This document shows, piece by piece, positions 35,971-47,011 of a stretch of 64,000 nucleotides of DNA (positions are counted from its first letter, which is position 1; every line of letters begins with the position of its first letter). Origin of the DNA: Raillietiella orientalis (Eukaryota); the NCBI GenBank assembly GCA_036172245.1, contig JAYWIR010000021.1, positions 62,001-126,000 of the forward strand. The letters run 5' to 3'. The notes under the pieces were generated by a model. That model ran no database searches. It was not told the DNA's origin and was given only the letters and a program-made list of their open reading frames with translations. Position numbers and translations under genes: made by a program.

Positions 35971-37671
35971 ATGACCCACGTATTCTTCTTCTTTGCCGTG
36001 GTGGCAATCACATGCGGTAAGCTTTTTTTTTTGTTGTTTTTCTGTTTTTTCCAGCGTTTCTTTGATACGAGAAGTTGGACGAGACGGCACTGCGAGAAGT
36101 GCCCTTCACGTGTGTGTTTGATCCTGACGTTTCAGAGACATCACTGCTGTCGGAACGAAGGAGGAGGCTCTAATCTTTAGTCCAATCTCAGCATCACACT
36201 GTATGATAAATCGAAGACGGATGACTTCTCAATGCTTGCGTGGCTGGGCATTTTTTTCTCCATCGTCCAGTGATTGTCTCAACGATTGTCCCGTCTTTGA
36301 ATTACCTCGATGCAAATGCATTAAAGGTTGTGATTGCGTCGGGCAAAAGTGCCCATTGCCTCTCCTCGCTGGTTGCTATCGACAGATCTCCCAGTAAATT
36401 TTTGGGGGGAGCGGATGGCAAGGAATCGCGCAGACACTGTGCTGCAGAAAATGCTTCTTTCCAGTCTGTGCAAGAATCCCAAGTTCGCCTACGCACGAAC
36501 ACGCTCCCTTATTCTTCAGGCATGACAGCCCCTCCGTGTTCTCCCCCGTGTCGAACCCTGTCGCCCGCCAAGACAAGGACGCTGATACGGCCAACAAGAA
36601 GTACTGGAGGTAGGCACTCCCAGCTGAAGCACCGAGCGCAAGGAATGCGTATCTGCAGATCTTTCAAACTCCGCAGATGCTGCATGTACCAATCAATTCC
36701 AAGTTGTCTCTTTGCAGGAGGATATCTTTCGAAATCGGGAAGTTTGCAAGGGACTTTCGGTCCATTTGCGAGGAGCTGGCGATGTCCGCCAATGTGCGGG
36801 AACCATCAGTGGTTACGCAGTTTTTCCATGTGGTATTGGAAGAGCTTCAGCTCGTGACGGACCTGTGCATTGACTTCTTAATAGATTTTGATTTTCACCT
36901 TCTCGGTCCTGAATTACAAATGTAAGCAAGAAAGAATGCCTCGTGTTAGGATAAGAAGGATCTTTATCCGAATGGGCTTTATTGTGCATCTGAAACGTTT
37001 CCTACTGAAAGAGAACGGACGACTTACGGTGATTCGTCGAGATCGTGGTTTTTCCTCACGAACGCTCAGTTAGCAAAGTGCAGAACTCTTGAAACATAGT
37101 AACTAAGAGACGCTCGTCTTTGTCTGAATCCGTCGAAACCCTCTCTGGTAAATGGATGCGAGCGATCGTTGAGTCACGTGGGAACGATCCTTCCTAAGCA
37201 CGGACACCGAGGCTCTCGAAAGGGTTTCCTCTTCTACAGTAGTAAAAGTCGCAGCCTCGGTGTCCTCCAATTCGTGCCCTTGGGGTATTCATGCTTCGTT
37301 GCTTTCTATCGAGTGTACTTTGGAGGTGTGAACCGGTGTGCTTCCTCGATTAAACCAATGTGATGGTGGATGTGTGCGCACTGATTTGTAATGAACGCCA
37401 TGCGTGTGCAAGGCTGATTTCGGTGATTAGAACTCAGTGTTCCATGGAAGAAAGGTGATCGACCTGTATTAATTGATGCGTTCTTCCTTCCAGGCACATC
37501 AAAAGAGTAAAAGATTCAGGGAGCTCATTTCTGGAAGGCTGGAATTTAATATTCCACATGGACTCTGCTCAGCTTAAACAGTTTTTCAAAACATCCTTGT
37601 CTCGTGTTGTATCTCTGATCCCGAACGTGGGGCTGTTCATATATCTTGTAGTTGCCGGGGAAATAGAATAG
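35971..37671 (+). CDS. Gene C: secreted paralogue of gene A, 190 aa; exons 35971-36016, 36465-36609, 36718-36921, 37494-37671
   Basis: Splice sites G|gtaagc, ttccag|, AG|gtaggc, ttgcag|, AT|gtaagc, ttccag|; phases 1,2,2; exon 3 is 204 nt as in gene A. MTHVFFFFAVVAITCVCA (signal-like) RIPSSPTHEHAPLFFRHDSPSVFSPVSNPVARQDKDADTANKKYWRRISFEIGKFARDFRSICEELAMSANVREPSVVTQFFHVVLEELQLVTDLCIDFLIDFDFHLLGPELQMHIKRVKDSGSSFLEGWNLIFHMDSAQLKQFFKTSLSRVVSLIPNVGLFIYLVVAGEIE*. AATAAA near 37717. Confidence 0.85.
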
Positions 37672-40421
37672 ATGGAAGCCACAATCAAAAAGTTGTTGCA
37701 AAGAAATCGTTCCACAAATAAATAACTACTTGCATCGAAAGAAAAACAAAAAATGATTTTATTTCTGCTAAATTTGGAATTTTCCTTCAATCTGATGCCC
37801 TGCTGAGCACGAGAGCACATCCCTGGCAGTTTCACATATGTTCATCTGCATGTTTTGTTCTTGCAATAAAGCAAGGGATACCAAGAACCCCAATGAGACG
37901 ACCCTCTTCGTGCAGCCTCTCCTCGGATTCGCATGTTTTTGATTGACCACGTGTGTGTTTTGTGCACCATCGTTACCACTAGTACAAGTACTACGTGCAT
38001 CAGGCAGACTTTTGAAGTGAACTGGAAAGTGCCCAAACGGTTCGTTTCGAATCATAACGTGCATCTTCATGGAGGCATCACGAAAAGTAACCTTTTACTC
38101 TACGGGATGAGCTTTCACTTCTTGCACGTGTTAATCGGGTCGTTCGAGAAGACCTCGGTGTCGCCCCAGGTACAGTACCTCCATACCTGCGCAAGCCAGC
38201 GCTGACCAATCGGATTTTGCCTGCAAAAAAATGTTGGAGCACTTGATCTTTGGTGTGGTGTCATTTCTTTGGTCTCTGGAGTGCGGTTCTCCGTAGAGAG
38301 TCCTTTCGCTATCACCTACAAAAACGAAAGCCTGCAAGCATACACATTCTTTTCCCAAAGGAACCATCTCCACAGATTCTACGAACTGAAAAGTTAAGGT
38401 TGCGGAGTATCCGATGTGGTCCTTTTAATGGACTTGCATTCCCTCTTTTGCTTTCAGTTCAGTTCCTTGGAATCTGAATCGGGAGCCATACAGTCCTAGA
38501 ACGGACATCATAGATTGTATTCAGTGCAAAGTACCATGAAAGGGGGATGGTCTTACGATCTGGAACCACCTAAATATACATTCACGTGCATTCGATGCGG
38601 TTGGTTCGCATAGAGTGCGGTTTTCATCCGGTCTCATGACCTCTTTGGCGGGTCGCATCGGTGTAACCGGAAAAGAAACTCGTATGTCCGAGGTGACCAG
38701 AAATGCAACAGAAACAAGCAAAGCAACAAAGAGTTAGGTTTCCCGTGGCAAACGAGACCAGAAGATTTTCAGCCGCTAAGAAACTCGAACGGACCTTTGC
38801 AGCACTTGCTTTTACGCAAGTTACAACAGCTTCTTTAAGACATCTTCATTTTTCCTTGGTAGAACGCAAAGGATTGAGCTAGCAGCTCGCAGATGGGCAA
38901 ACTAAAGAGTAGGTCTGCCCCAGAGTCTCCGTTCCAAGAAGATGACAGTGGATTCAAGGAGCTAAGATGAGTGAAGCGTTCCTGCAGCACATCTCAGGAA
39001 TGGTGTGCTTGAAAACGAAACCATGATGAACTCTTGCACATCTGCAATTCATGCTGCATGAAGGTGCAAGTAGTTGCACTTTGGACTGGAACCCCAGCAG
39101 CCTATTAACTATAGGTTGGGATGGGGCGCTGCACGTTGATTTCCGTGCAGCAGCATTCCATTCGAGAAGGTGTAAGCTGAAGGATGCAATTCCTCAGCGA
39201 AGGTGTTCTTTGCCACGTTCAGGCGGATTCAATTGCATTATCAGGGAGTATGTGAAACTGATTACAATTTTGCGAGAATACAGAATCGCTACATTCACTG
39301 AATACAGATAAATGAGATTGTTTATGTATCGCTTCGATGGTTAGCTAAGCATGTTAAACAACAAAACTTCCATTTATATGCTGTTGAAGGCATGCAGAAG
39401 GTCGCATGTGCGGGATCTGTATGCAAGCGTGGTATCCCACTCAGTTCTGGACCATCACAGCGGTGTGATCAAATAATGTTCTCATACCTAAAGAGGATTA
39501 GTGTATGCGGACGCATAAGCACGTTTAACCTCTGGTCCCCCAGAGGCAATGTGGACTCTCGATTCATTACCAGTCCATGTGACATTTCACACGCACCACA
39601 GGATCGTTCTCCTTTTATTTTCTACTGGCACCCGGACTGTTCCTTCCTTACATTTTGTGACCGCTTCTCTCGGTTCCTGAAGGTCAGTCGATTCGGATTC
39701 TTCCTCTGTGCGTGGTTAACTCCGGAATCCATCACCAGACTAAGAGAAGGAATGTTAATCTTTTTTTTGCCGCTTCTGCTGTTGAATTTCTTAAAGTGTA
39801 AACACCGATTCCGGTTCCGGTAGCATCTAATTCTGTCGTGCAGCTAATAAATGAAAAATCAGATGTGATTGGAATTCTGAGTTTCCGAGCCTTCGGGCGT
39901 TCGAATAATCGAGCGCTGTCTTTCGCGCTGCACCATCAGCACCAACATTGCACTGCTGCTCGTTGCACCGGAATTTCTTTGTCTCTTCGGATTCCACTTA
40001 ACCCCGCTCCCCACATGGCGACGAGATAAGAAAGCCCATCCTCTGCCCGGATCTGCGTCCGGAAGGACGACAAGAGGGTCCACTCGCCTTTACTTTGCAT
40101 GCCGTCATAACGCCTGCCGTCGACATCGGGGTAGGGAGCCATTCACTCGTGGGTATTAACCCTTCCCTGCTGCTGCTTGCAAGCGGCATGCCTTGTAAAG
40201 TGCACAGCGCTCACTGCGTGCGGAGTGCTCCGGAAGCAGCAGCAGCTCTTAGGGAAACGTTGCTCCGACTTTCCAGACCGCAAACCCATTATAGGGTGTC
40301 TCTGAAAGGTCTCCTCGAAATGGAAATTTCGAGAAGGCATTTGCTTGCCTTCTATCTTAAGAACGGGACGCCGTTATCCCGCCTTCTTACACTGATCCTC
40401 TGCATGCACTTGCGTGTCATC

Positions 40422-40458
<37 letters not shown>

Positions 40459-43400
40459 ACAGCATGTACTTGCGGTAGGGTACGTTTGTAAGCTTCTTTT
40501 TGTGTTGGAATGAAAGCTAGAATCGTTCAAGATTTCTTTTCTCCTCCTCTCCATCCACCATCATCGGAAAAAGCACGGCAGAAGTTTCTCTCGAAGCAGA
40601 GGCCCATCAAACGCGTCCACTTGGTGTCCACTTGACGCGACCTGTTGCTTTCGAAAAGTGCGCTGCATGCCAAGGACAGTTCACCCCAAAGCGTAGGGAC
40701 GGTGTGAGAACTGCCCTTCCAAGGGATTCGAATGGTCTGGGTGAGTTCTCCGAGGACTTCCTTATCGCAGCATCCCTGGTTCGAGATGCTACGGCAGCAA
40801 GGCAGAAGCATCTGCGAGAACAGGAGACGAAACCATCCCCGACTTTCGAGGATCGGCGTCGCTGGAAGTGCGGTTCGTTGCTTGTGAAGTCCGCTTCGGG
40901 AAGGAAGGAACGGTGGTTGCAGGAAGTGCTCGGAAACCACTGGATGACGAAGTTGAGGCGCTCGGATCGCACTTTTGATCTCTGTTCCGTTTCCATGGAC
41001 GCCGCGCGACTCGAGCTGATCGGTTTTTGCCAGTCAGCGGTCCTCTCCCCGCAGCTTCGGCAACTTCCCAGATCTGCCGGGTCGGCTCGACTCACCACCA
41101 CGCAGTACGCACCTCCCCTCGCGGGAGAGATGGACCGAACCGGAAGTCCGGAACGCCAGCGTTGTTGACGCACGCCGAGCAACCACGCTGGCGAACTTCA
41201 CAAGCAGACGGCGCGCATTCCCGGGTATGCGACCATCTCGTGGGCTCCACGAGTCGCTTCTTCTCGACCGCTCCATCTACGGATGGATGAGGCTGAGCAC
41301 TGCCGGTCTTGGGGGACGCCTGAGCTGCTGGTCTTAAGCAGCAAAGGCACCGCGCAGTTATCCCATCTTCAAATCGTATCTTTTTTTTATGTGCGTGAAT
41401 CACCCTACTTTATTTTGCTCCGGAAGAATGAAAGGTCATGGGAGATACCAGCGTCCTTCGCAAGTGGAACAGGGCGTGCGGCTCCGCGAGCAGTTTCCTA
41501 GGGTTGTCGAACTCCTTGACGACGTAGACGCTCATGACGAGGTCCTGTCGCTGTCCAGGATAAATCGCATCTTCGGCGAACCTCCACCGCCGACTCTGCG
41601 AAGAGGATTGCTGGACCAAACTCCATTGTTCTTGGCAGACCCACTCTGGACGGGATGTTTGCTCGCTCAGCCATTTCCTTGCTCCCCCGCAACAAAGGTC
41701 CTCTGGGTGGGTCCCGCGTACGTCTGCTAGGAACAAGGTACTTGATGCAGGGAGCAGGAGGTCACGGTCATCGGGAGACCAAACTTTCGGCGACTCCTCA
41801 GGGAGGATCGGCGAGACGGGAAGCCCTTCCGGTCCGTCCTCCGCGAGCCTCGGGGACATAAGTGCGTCGAAGTCCTTGGGATGCTGCTCTTCTGCGAAGC
41901 CGGCCGTGCGGCGAGCTGCGCGCCACCTTGGGCTTCCCGAAAAGCGTCGGCACTGTTGCGCTCGAGGCGCGCTCTGCCGTGGCGGAGAGTAGGCAGCGCC
42001 CGAAGGGTGGGAGGACACAAGATCGGATTGGCACTGCTTCAAGGTACGTCGAAGCTGTCCTCGACCTTGGACAGCAGCATAAACGACCTCGGGGTGAGCT
42101 TGTGTAGATTCTCCGAGTCCAGCTGACTCCAGTCCGAACCAGTCCAGTCGGAACTGACTGGCTCCTCAACCTTTAGCGGCCCAGCTGCTCCAGGATCGCC
42201 CCCTCCCCCCAGCCGACACGGAGAGAATCTGTGAGCCAACACTGTTCGTGTTGGCTCTCATCCCAGCTCTTCGTGACTGACCTCATGCGTGACATGACGG
42301 CAAGCTTCTCCTGAAATCTTCCCGCGATCCACGTTTCGGGGACCGAGGGAATTCCTTACCCTTGGCGCCGGTTGCGACTCCTGCGACACCCAGCGGTCCG
42401 GTGCGAGCGCGAGAAGAGGACATGGCGTGTCTCTTGCTGCATCCCGCGCAGATATGGCCATGGCCCGCTCCTCTTCCGCGTGGACGGCATCAGTGACCGA
42501 CGACGGCGACCTCCGTCGCGGACCCTCCTGGAAGCGACGGGCTTTCTCGCTCCCGTCCCTCTCGAGTCCCGGTAGAAGCCGACGTGCCTTTTCCTAGTCG
42601 GCCTCCGAGGGAGGCGGACTGAGGGCGGAGAGGCGCGGCCAAGAGCCCTCCGGCGTTCCTGTCGTTTCCCCCCCCCCCCTTCTCCCGTAGCATCCGGCTC
42701 TTTCAGCGCCATGCCCAAAGAGCAGCAGCCGGTTCCGCGTTTCCCAGGTCATCGGACGGCAGACGGATTGTAGATCGAGCCACGCGTAAGAGACAGGATG
42801 CTGCCCTTTCGCCGCCAGGCTGGCGCCTCCGGAGGAGAATGGCGAAAGAAGGGTTGGGGCTGCCTAAGCGGCGCGCAGAGATCCCCAAGGCGGGGTAGGC
42901 GTAGGCTCCGTCTTCCTGAAGGAACGCCGGGGGCGCAGAGGACGGGTCCCGGACCGAGCCGCTGCACCGATGGAGCTGGCGCCTGCCGGCAGTCGGCTCA
43001 CGGGTTCGCGCGAGCTCCCCGCCCTCTTGAGGAACGCCGCCGGAGGCGACCCGGCTGACGTCGCGGGCGCACCTTCGCCGAGGCTTCCTTCCTGTTCGCA
43101 AGACTGCCGGAAGGGAGGTCCCCGTCCGCCGGAGGCGCTTCCGAGTTCGGTGACCTCTCCGCCGGGTCTACCTCCGGGCAAAGGTGCCGGCGTTCGGGGC
43201 AAGGCCGCGTCCTTGGGTGGATGCGCGGCAGCTCGTCTCCTCCGCGAGAGATCCGCTCGTCCCCCTCGCCTCGAAGATCCCGCTCTCCTCCCCTCCTTCC
43301 CCGCCTTCCGGGTGAAAGCGGGACGCTTCGGGCCGCGCGCGTGTCCGAGGCCACGCGACGGAACGGATGCTCCTGCCCTGGACTTCCGGGCGCGCACGGA

Positions 43401-43566
43401 AGTAGCTCTGGGGTCGCCCCCGGCAAGGAGGCGGAAGGGACAACGCCGAGGCCGAGGGGGCGGGCGGGTGCAGGGGGGCGGGGCGGGGAGGGAAAGGGCG
43501 TCTCCAGGGAGACCTCTTCCGTCGGATCTGCCACTCGATTTTATTGGTATCACAATAAATAGGCGC

Positions 43567-44771
43567 TCAGTCGCAGTAGTTGTCTCTGATATGCTTGAGG
43601 GTGCAGGGCTCGTAGCAGCACTCCTTGACAATCTGCCTCTTCCGGCGGCGCGCGAGCGCCTCCCCCAAGGACTGCCTGGGGAAGAGGCGCCGGCCAAGGG
43701 GGTTCGCGTCGATCTCGTTGAACTGCCAGTCGGATCCAGACGAGAGGATGTCTGGAAGACACGAGTCAACTGCCTCATCCTGCCACTTCGAGGAATCGCC
43801 GCTGCTCCAGAGGAGGAGGAAGGGGAGAGGGAGGAACGAGGGAGGAGGCGCGCGGGCCGGAGGGCGGACGGGAGGCGTGGAGTCCTGGCAGACGCCGCCG
43901 CGACCCGGCGGCAGTCCACGCCTCCGTCTCTTCCTACCCTCTTCCGAGGAATAAGGGAGGAGAATGCCGGGGAGGGGGGGGGGACGGCCCCTGGGGAGCG
44001 AAGGTGGCACGGCAGACGATTTGCTCAGCTCGAGTGGAGTCCCGGGGTACGGTCTTACCTTGTCCTTACTTTCGAGGAAGGGAGGAAGGTGCGGTTTTCC
44101 CGGTCCGCTGGGCAAATGGACCTCCGTGCCCTCCCCTCCCTCTGGGAGGTGACTTCTTCCCTGACGCGGAGGCTTCCGGAAGAGGCGGCGCCCGCCTCCT
44201 CCTCCGCAGCTTCCCGGCGTCTGCTGCGCGTGGAGCAGCGCCTCCTCTCTCCAGGGAGGAGGCGCGCGCTGCCTGGAAGGAGGCTGCCACCTCCTACGGA
44301 CGGGAATAAGGGGCTCCGGAGGGGCAGCAGTGGACAGCGCGGCCGGAGTCCCGAAAAGAGGCTCGAGGGTCCCTGCTCTTCCTCCGGATCCGGTTCCCCG
44401 CTGCCCCCGGGAAGCGGTTTCCCCTCGAGGCGGCGCGCGCCTTTCCTCCCCCCCTGGCGCGGGCGGGTTGGGGTCGCTCCGTCGGCCGCCCGCGGCGGAT
44501 ACAATGGGGGCAAGGAGGGGGCGAGCGGGTGGGGCGCTTCACCTGTAGACGACGCGGCGTTCCTCTTGGACAGGGGGCCGACACAGACGAGTCTCAGGAT
44601 GTCGTTGAGGCGACGGCCGCACGCCTGCACCTCCTGGTTGATGTCCGGCCGGCGGCTCTCCAGCTCGTAGGTCGGCCTGTAGAGGTCGAGGGCGGCGGCG
44701 CCGCCGGAGATCAAGCGCAGCAGGTGCGCCAGCACGACCAGCGCCTGGACCACCGAGAGCATCCTCTCCAT
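43567..44771 (-). CDS. Insulin-like peptide precursor, 137 aa; coding exons 44771-44543 and 43751-43567
   Basis: Signal MERMLSVVQALVVLAHLLRLISGGAAA; B chain QEVQACGRRLNDILRLVC (C-x11-C) then KR; phase-1 intron in the C peptide (G|gtgaag...cttccag|); RRRKR; A chain QIVKECCYEPCTLKHIRDNYCD*. AATAAA on - at 43540-43545. Confidence 0.93.
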
Positions 44772-45547
44772 TGCGTATGGTGCCGCCGCTGCTAACCTGC
44801 AAGAGAACAAGAGGAGGAGGGAGGCCAACAGAGGGGTGGCGGCAGAGGGGCAGCCGGCACGCGGGGCCGTACCTCTCGTCGCGGTAAGGGAGGCTGCGCG
44901 GCCCAGCCACCGCGCCGGGGCCGAGGGCCGGGAGGAGTGAGGGTCTCACTCGCCTCCACACCCTTTACCCGGCGACAGGGCGCTCCGGAGAGGCGCGGGC
45001 GGCCGCTGCTTGGGCGCCGCGAGGCCGGCGGCGCGTGCGCGCGCGGCGTCTTCTCCGGCCGCCGGCAGGTCATCATCGCGAGGGACGGCGGGATGACCCG
45101 CTGCGCGGCGCTCCAGCGAGCGCCGCCCGGATCTGCGGACGCCCTTGCCGCGCTCGCCAGCGTCCTTCCAGCGCGTGCGGGAGGAAATGGGAAGCGCCTG
45201 GAGGGTGGGAGAAGACGAGGAGGAAGATGGAGAGGACGATGGGGAAAAGAGGAAGGGAAGAGGAGAAAGAGACGAGGAGGGGGAGAGAGGGATAGGAAGG
45301 AGGAAAAGAGGGATAGGAAAGAGGAAGAAGAGGGAAGAGGAAGAAAACAGGGATAGGGAGGAGGAAAAGAGAAGGGAAAAGTCCGCACGAGCTAGCCGTG
45401 GCGGTGTCTCGGCGGAACGCGGGAACGCACCGGCAGGGACGCCGTCCGCGGGGTCGAAGGGATGCAACAGGGGACTCGGGGCACCAGCAGAATAGCGGCG
45501 GCGACGGGAAGGAGGGGGGGTCGGAGAACGGCAACAATGCGGGCCTT

Positions 45548-45592
45548 ACCTCGGGATTCTGCAGCCGGCGGGAGATCGGCCGCCTTAATATA
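45548..45592 (-). promoter_or_regulatory. ILP core promoter and short non-coding exon 1
   Basis: TATATTAA on - at 45592-45585, then donor gag|gtaagg at 45550/45549, pairing with acceptor ctcttgcag| at 44796. This is the classic three-exon insulin gene layout. Confidence 0.65.
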
Positions 45593-46246
45593 GGTTCCGA
45601 TGGTCCACCCACTGGATGCAGGCTGTTCCCCCCCTCGCAAATCATCCACAGTCACTGATTGAGGATGATGCACGGGAAGGCGATCCGAGGAGACATCAGA
45701 CCCCTTCTGCTCGGCGGAGCGGGGAAGATCGGAGGAAACAACGGGAGGATCGGACGGGATGGCCGGGATCCGCTGCTATTTTTAAACCAGGGGCGAGGCG
45801 GGCGGGCGAGGCGGGCGGGTTCGTGCGGGCGGCGGCGGAAGGGCGAAGAAGCGTGGCTGCACCGCCGGCTCTCCTCAGGGATCATCAATGCTGTGGACCA
45901 TATCGGAGGAGTTTTCGCCAAGGAGACGCCGGGAGGTGCGCTTTATCTAAACCGCCGCTCGGCAGCGCCCCCGACGGACTTTTCCCCACTCCACGCGCGG
46001 GCTGAGAACGCGCGTAGTGTGGGCTCGCAGCGACATCCGCGGGCTACGCGAACGCCGCCGGTGGCGCGCCTGAGAACCTCGGCAACCCTGCGAGGACCGT
46101 GCGGAGAGCGACGGAAGCGAGGCGGCGACTTTTGTGCCGGCCCTGGGCGGCGGCACGAGACGCGGGGTCTCGTCCACAGACCCTCGGGCGCGCTGACTCG
46201 AATGCTCGCCGTCGTCGTTGCTTTTCATTTTTATTTTTTTTGCCTT

Positions 46247-46249
<3 letters not shown>

Positions 46250-46282
<33 letters not shown>
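46250..46282. repeat. (CT)n microsatellite
   Basis: Uninterrupted tctctc run. Confidence 0.9.
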
Positions 46283-46287
<5 letters not shown>

Positions 46288-46817
46288 CCCCCCCCCGTTT
46301 TTCCTGCTGCTTCTTCTTCTTCTCCGCCTCCTCCCCTCCTCCTATTCCCTTCCGGACTCTGAAGGCTGCTGCTGCTGCCGGATAAACAACGCGCGCGCAC
46401 TTTCGTCGGCGGTGGTGCCGGCGGTGGCACGGCTCTCCTGCGCGCGCGCAGGGGAGTCTGGGAGCTTCCCGGACGCTCTTTCCCCGCAGAGGGCACGCCG
46501 CGGGACCAAAGGCTCCCCGAGGTCGGACGGGAGAGCCGACGCCCTTCCAGGCCAGCCTTCGCGGGTGAGGGAAGAAGGAAGAAGAAAGGGGGAAAGGAGA
46601 AAAAGAAAAAAAAAAGATGGCGTCTCGTCGCACGGTCGACCCGCCGTCGTCGGCGAGGACTTGCGGTCGGGCGGCGGCGACGATCCGAGTCGCGCGGCGC
46701 CGCCGCCGCCGCCGCCGGCCGTCGTCGTCAACGTCGTCATCGTCGGCGCCGGAGTCGACTGGCTCCGCCTCGCTTTCTCCTGCTCTTCGCTCGCGCGCGC
46801 GCGCGCGCGCGCGCGTT

Positions 46818-46895
46818 CACGTGTAAACATATTTACTCCCTCGGCCGCGCCGAGCTCGATTCACGTGATGCACGCGACCCGCGCACGTGATGCAC
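46818..46895. promoter_or_regulatory. Cluster of E-boxes and forkhead sites, candidate enhancer
   Basis: CACGTG 46818-46823, GTAAACA 46823-46829, TATTTAC 46830-46836, TCACGTGA 46861-46868, CACGTG 46884-46889. Confidence 0.45.
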
Positions 46896-46978
46896 CGCGG
46901 CGGCATTGTTGCTGCCGCCGCGGCTGCTGCGATGTTCCCGAGGACGGGGGAGCGCCCGCGCGTGCGTGCGTGCGAAGG

Positions 46979-46979
<1 letters not shown>

Positions 46980-47011
<32 letters not shown>
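46980..47011. repeat. (GCC)n trinucleotide run in the GC-rich island
   Basis: About ten consecutive gcc units. Confidence 0.9.

Noticed and set aside
42970..44670. 566-aa + strand ORF
   Set aside because: Antisense to the ILP gene and explained by high GC. Not protein-like.
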